This document shows, one piece after another, positions 61,168 to 64,000 of a stretch of 64,000 bases of DNA. Origin of the DNA: Dehalococcoidia bacterium. Its GTDB lineage: Bacteria; Chloroflexota; Dehalococcoidia; Lucifugimonadales; Australimonadaceae. The DNA lies in contig CBDFLS010000001.1 in NCBI GenBank assembly GCA_965249185.1, forward strand, positions 445,918 to 509,917, read 5' to 3'. The position numbers and the translations under genes are program-made. The number at the start of each line of letters is the position of its first letter. Within the stretch, counting starts at the first letter, position 1. The notes beneath the pieces are model-generated. The model did no database searches. It had not been told where the DNA came from and saw nothing but the letters and a program-made list of their open reading frames with translations.

Positions 61168-63283
61168 GGTTCTTTTCGTCCCGGCTATCATCGCGTTCAT
61201 CGCCATTGTGGCGCTCGCCCTGGCTCCCACGGTGCTCCAGAATGCCGCCAATACAGGCGGTGGTGGTGGCACCGGGTCCGTCTGGGCGGTCTGCTATCAG
61301 GAGCTCCGCAACCTCGTGGACCTCGTGCCGGTCATCTATTACGCGATGGTGGCGATGATCCTGGTTGCCGCCGTCGGCAGCGTGTGGCTCATCAACCGTC
61401 AGAACATGGGCGGCGGCGGGCTCGGCGGCGCGCAGGCGGGCTTCGCCCGCTGGCCCATCCTGGTGTTCGTGGCCATGTTCGCCATTGTCGCTGCGCTCAC
61501 CGTCCCGTCCACCGTGGGCTGGCAGAAGACGGTCAAGGCAGCGGTCACCACCTGCGTGCTCAGGGACGGCTCGCTGGCCATGACGGGCAACCTCCAGATG
61601 GGCGACTTCAATATCACCGGGGCTGATAGCATCGTGGCCACCAGCGGCACGGCGCTGTCTGTCCCCACCACCGGAACGACGTTCGCCACAACGGCCGGCG
61701 TCCAGACGCTCTCCAGTAAGACGCTCGTGGCCCCGGCCCTCGGCACGCCCGCATCTGGCGTGCTCACCAACGCCACCGACCTGCCGATCAGCACGGGGGT
61801 CTCGGGGCTGGCCGCCGGCGTGGCGGCCGCCCTTGGAACGCCCAGCAGCGCCAACCTGGCAACGGCGGTCACGGACGAGACTGGTTCGGGCCTGATCGTA
61901 TTCGCCACCAGCCCAACCCTCATTACTCCCGCCCTCGGCACACCGGCCTCGGGGGTGCTGACCAACGCCACCGACCTGCCGATCAGCACGGGAGTATCGG
62001 GGCTGTCCGCTGGGGTGGCGGCCGCCCTGGGGACACCCAGCAGCGCCAATCTCGCCACAGCGGTCACAGACGAGACTGGTAGTGGGCTGCTGGTGTTCGC
62101 AACCAGCCCCACCCTCACATCGCCGACTATCGCCACGTCCCCGACGGCGGCGGGAGCGACATGGGCCGACCTCGGGATCGTCTCATCGGTGGACATCAAC
62201 GGCGGGACCATAGACGGCGCCACGATAGGCGGGACCAGCGCGGGCGCCGGCACGTTCACCTCATTGAATCTCACGGGTGGCAACATATCCGGCGTCGGCA
62301 GCATCACATTGGATTCCATCATTGCCGACGCGACGGAGATCATCATAGATTCGGCTCAGGTTGGGACCAACATAGGGTCTGGCCCATCTGCAGGCGTCTA
62401 CTCCACCTTCCGTTACTCTAAAACAGCTTCAGCGGGTGGGGTTAGTGGACTGCGCTTGGGCGGAGTGCTCACGGCCGCTGCCAACGGCGACTCCATCCGG
62501 TTCATAGAAATGAGCGCGCTCGCTTCCACGGTGGCTTCCGGCACATTCACAGGGCTGTCGGGGGGCGGCATCTTCATGGCGCCGGGGAACTTCACCAAGA
62601 CTGGCTCTGGAACCATCGACACGTTCAGCGGCATCTACATCGCCAACGCGCCCACCATCGGAACCACCAACTGGGCCATGTACATAGACGCGGGCAACGT
62701 TCGCATCGATGGCGAGATCGGAGCATCGGGCACCCGCGTCTCGAAGATATGGACGGTGGACCAGGACACCACCAACGCCGAGGTCGTCTCCTCGTCGGAG
62801 CTGTTCAAGACGAACATCGTCCCCTACACGGGGAGCGCGACTGCCATCCTGCGCGCAGCGGAGGTCATCAAGTTCAAGCACGTTACCGACCTGGACCCGA
62901 GCGGGCGGCTGAAGCTGGGACTGGTCGCCGAGAGCCTTCAGACCGAGCCCACCATGACGCCCATCAAGAGCTACCCCGTAGGGTGGACTACAAAGACGGT
63001 ACGAAACGAGAAGGGGCAGAACGTCCAGGTGCAGGAGCCCACCTCATTCCAGGCTGCACCAGGAATCGACACCGGGGCCCTCTCTGCCGTTCTGGTCAAG
63101 GGATTCCAAGAGATAGAAGCCCGCGTGACCGACCTGGAGAAGACGAAGGGGACCCTCTCGAAGCGCCCACCATGCAACAACGGGAACAGGGGCAAGACCT
63201 TCACCGTGTTGACCCTGACGGGCGACCTTTTCCAGGTGTGTTTGAGGAGCGGGTCAGGAACCTACGATTGGGTCACGAAGTAG
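61157..63283 (+). CDS. membrane-anchored fibre protein with tail-fibre repeats and a C-terminal S74 intramolecular-chaperone-like domain
   Basis: 3 N-terminal TM helices; 2 x 65-aa repeat (LGTPASGVLTNATDLPISTGVSG...); SSSELFKTNIVPYTGSATAILRAAEVIKFKH...GLVAESLQ. Confidence 0.6.
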   Translation: MDRRVLFVPAIIAFIAIVALALAPTVLQNAANTGGGGGTGSVWAVCYQELRNLVDLVPVIYYAMVAMILVAAVGSVWLINRQNMGGGGLGGAQAGFARWPILVFVAMFAIVAALTVPSTVGWQKTVKAAVTTCVLRDGSLAMTGNLQMGDFNITGADSIVATSGTALSVPTTGTTFATTAGVQTLSSKTLVAPALGTPASGVLTNATDLPISTGVSGLAAGVAAALGTPSSANLATAVTDETGSGLIVFATSPTLITPALGTPASGVLTNATDLPISTGVSGLSAGVAAALGTPSSANLATAVTDETGSGLLVFATSPTLTSPTIATSPTAAGATWADLGIVSSVDINGGTIDGATIGGTSAGAGTFTSLNLTGGNISGVGSITLDSIIADATEIIIDSAQVGTNIGSGPSAGVYSTFRYSKTASAGGVSGLRLGGVLTAAANGDSIRFIEMSALASTVASGTFTGLSGGGIFMAPGNFTKTGSGTIDTFSGIYIANAPTIGTTNWAMYIDAGNVRIDGEIGASGTRVSKIWTVDQDTTNAEVVSSSELFKTNIVPYTGSATAILRAAEVIKFKHVTDLDPSGRLKLGLVAESLQTEPTMTPIKSYPVGWTTKTVRNEKGQNVQVQEPTSFQAAPGIDTGALSAVLVKGFQEIEARVTDLEKTKGTLSKRPPCNNGNRGKTFTVLTLTGDLFQVCLRSGSGTYDWVTK
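61733..62122 (+). repeat. 2 x 195-bp tandem in-frame repeat inside the fibre gene
   Basis: Units 61733..61927 and 61928..62122 encode PALGTPASGVLTNATDLPISTGVSGL(A/S)AGVAAALGTPSSANLATAVTDETGSGL(I/L)VFATSPTL. Confidence 0.85.
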
Positions 63284-63289
63284 GAACAT

Positions 63290-64000
63290 ATGCGCCTCTT
63301 GCGCCGGTTCATCCTCATAGGCTTGGTGGCAGCGCTCGCCCTGCTGACTGGGCGGGCGTTCGCCATCGAGCAGGCCACCATCGTGCAGGTCAACGACGTT
63401 TCGATCTTCCGCAACCTACTGGAAACGGGCGACTTCCTGGTGCTGGCCGAGTACCGCATCGAATACACCACGCTTCCCAGCGAGCACGCCGGCGAGGCGT
63501 ATATCGTCCGGCTGCTGGACGGGACCACCGAGAAGGCCAGAAACACGCCCTACCCGTTCAACGACATAGGCTACGGGTATGGGGTGGTCTCCATGTATCT
63601 GAGCGCCGCCGAGTTCACGTCCTCGGCGCTCACCTGGGGCACATCGGGCTACACCGTGCGGCTGGAGGGCAACCCCGGCCTCACCTTCACCGGCGGGCCC
63701 CAGGGCTACGACGAGACGATAGCGGCGGGCGATTACTCCACCGGCTCGACGGCCGCTACCAACATCGCGCAACTGGGCACGGAGGTGATCGCCATCGCAA
63801 CGGTGCTCCAGCAGCAATGGCAGATCACCATGCTCACCGAGGCGGGCAACCGGATCGCCACTGGGAACGCCACCAGCTACTTCACACTCGCCATCCCGGG
63901 CCTGCGCTCGATGGCACCGGACATCTTCGAGGTCACCACCACGGCGCCGACCTTCACCGATGATGTCCACCCATCCACGCTGGCGAACACGTCCCGCGAC
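63290..64000 (+). CDS. secreted hypothetical protein, 3' end beyond the window
   Basis: ATG 63290; signal peptide MRLLRRFILIGLVAALALLTGRAFA; frame stays open for 237 codons to the window edge; not in the ORF track because no stop is reached. Confidence 0.55.
   Translation, partial: MRLLRRFILIGLVAALALLTGRAFAIEQATIVQVNDVSIFRNLLETGDFLVLAEYRIEYTTLPSEHAGEAYIVRLLDGTTEKARNTPYPFNDIGYGYGVVSMYLSAAEFTSSALTWGTSGYTVRLEGNPGLTFTGGPQGYDETIAAGDYSTGSTAATNIAQLGTEVIAIATVLQQQWQITMLTEAGNRIATGNATSYFTLAIPGLRSMAPDIFEVTTTAPTFTDDVHPSTLANTSRD

Overview
High-G+C bacterial chromosomal window. Lineage cannot be fixed from sequence alone; Chloroflexota-like is only a guess. All calls come from reading the six-frame translations and the nucleotide sequence by eye, with no database search.

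Layout:
- 1-16.2 kb: core genes. Amidase, alpha/beta hydrolase, DUF1989, PD40 lipoprotein, an Opp/Dpp-type ABC importer with an 827-aa binding protein and a BNR/Asp-box protein, and an MFS transporter.
- 16.2-20.9 kb: decayed mobile-DNA patch. IS1595 element, serine-recombinase and ABC-ATPase gene fragments, wHTH proteins, and a tRNA-like relic.
- 21.2-26.3 kb: selenocysteine-dependent glycine reductase operon, order grdC-trx-grdA-grdE-grdB. grdA and grdB each carry an in-frame UGA.
- 26.5-41.2 kb: core genes. MFS, two HpcH aldolases, ogt, dnaE, class-V aminotransferase, folC, fabF.
- 41,207-41,285: tRNA-Asp(GUC).
- 41.3-50.7 kb: accessory island. It starts with a mosaic tandem array of small membrane-peptide genes and excisionase-like HTH genes. 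A 2,433-bp periodic repeat then brackets a DUF4326 gene and a beta-class DNA methyltransferase. Two 100-aa membrane paralogues differ almost only at non-synonymous sites. The rest is an HNH gene, C5-methyltransferase fragments, a PAPS-reductase-like gene and an HTH-less serine recombinase.
- 50.9-52.6 kb: truncation scars. IS1380 transposase stub fused to a clipped EamA gene, a recN 5' stub, and an antitoxin plus vapC 5' stub.
- 52.57 to beyond 64.0 kb: virus-like or filament-like element. It is built around a Zot-type P-loop ATPase, small coat-like membrane proteins, GT-C and Wzy_C glycosylation-type enzymes, and a membrane-anchored fibre with an S74 chaperone domain. This element and the tRNA-Asp island are the best candidates for undescribed biology.

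Caveat: the many abrupt junctions could be real mobile-element scars or assembly chimeras.
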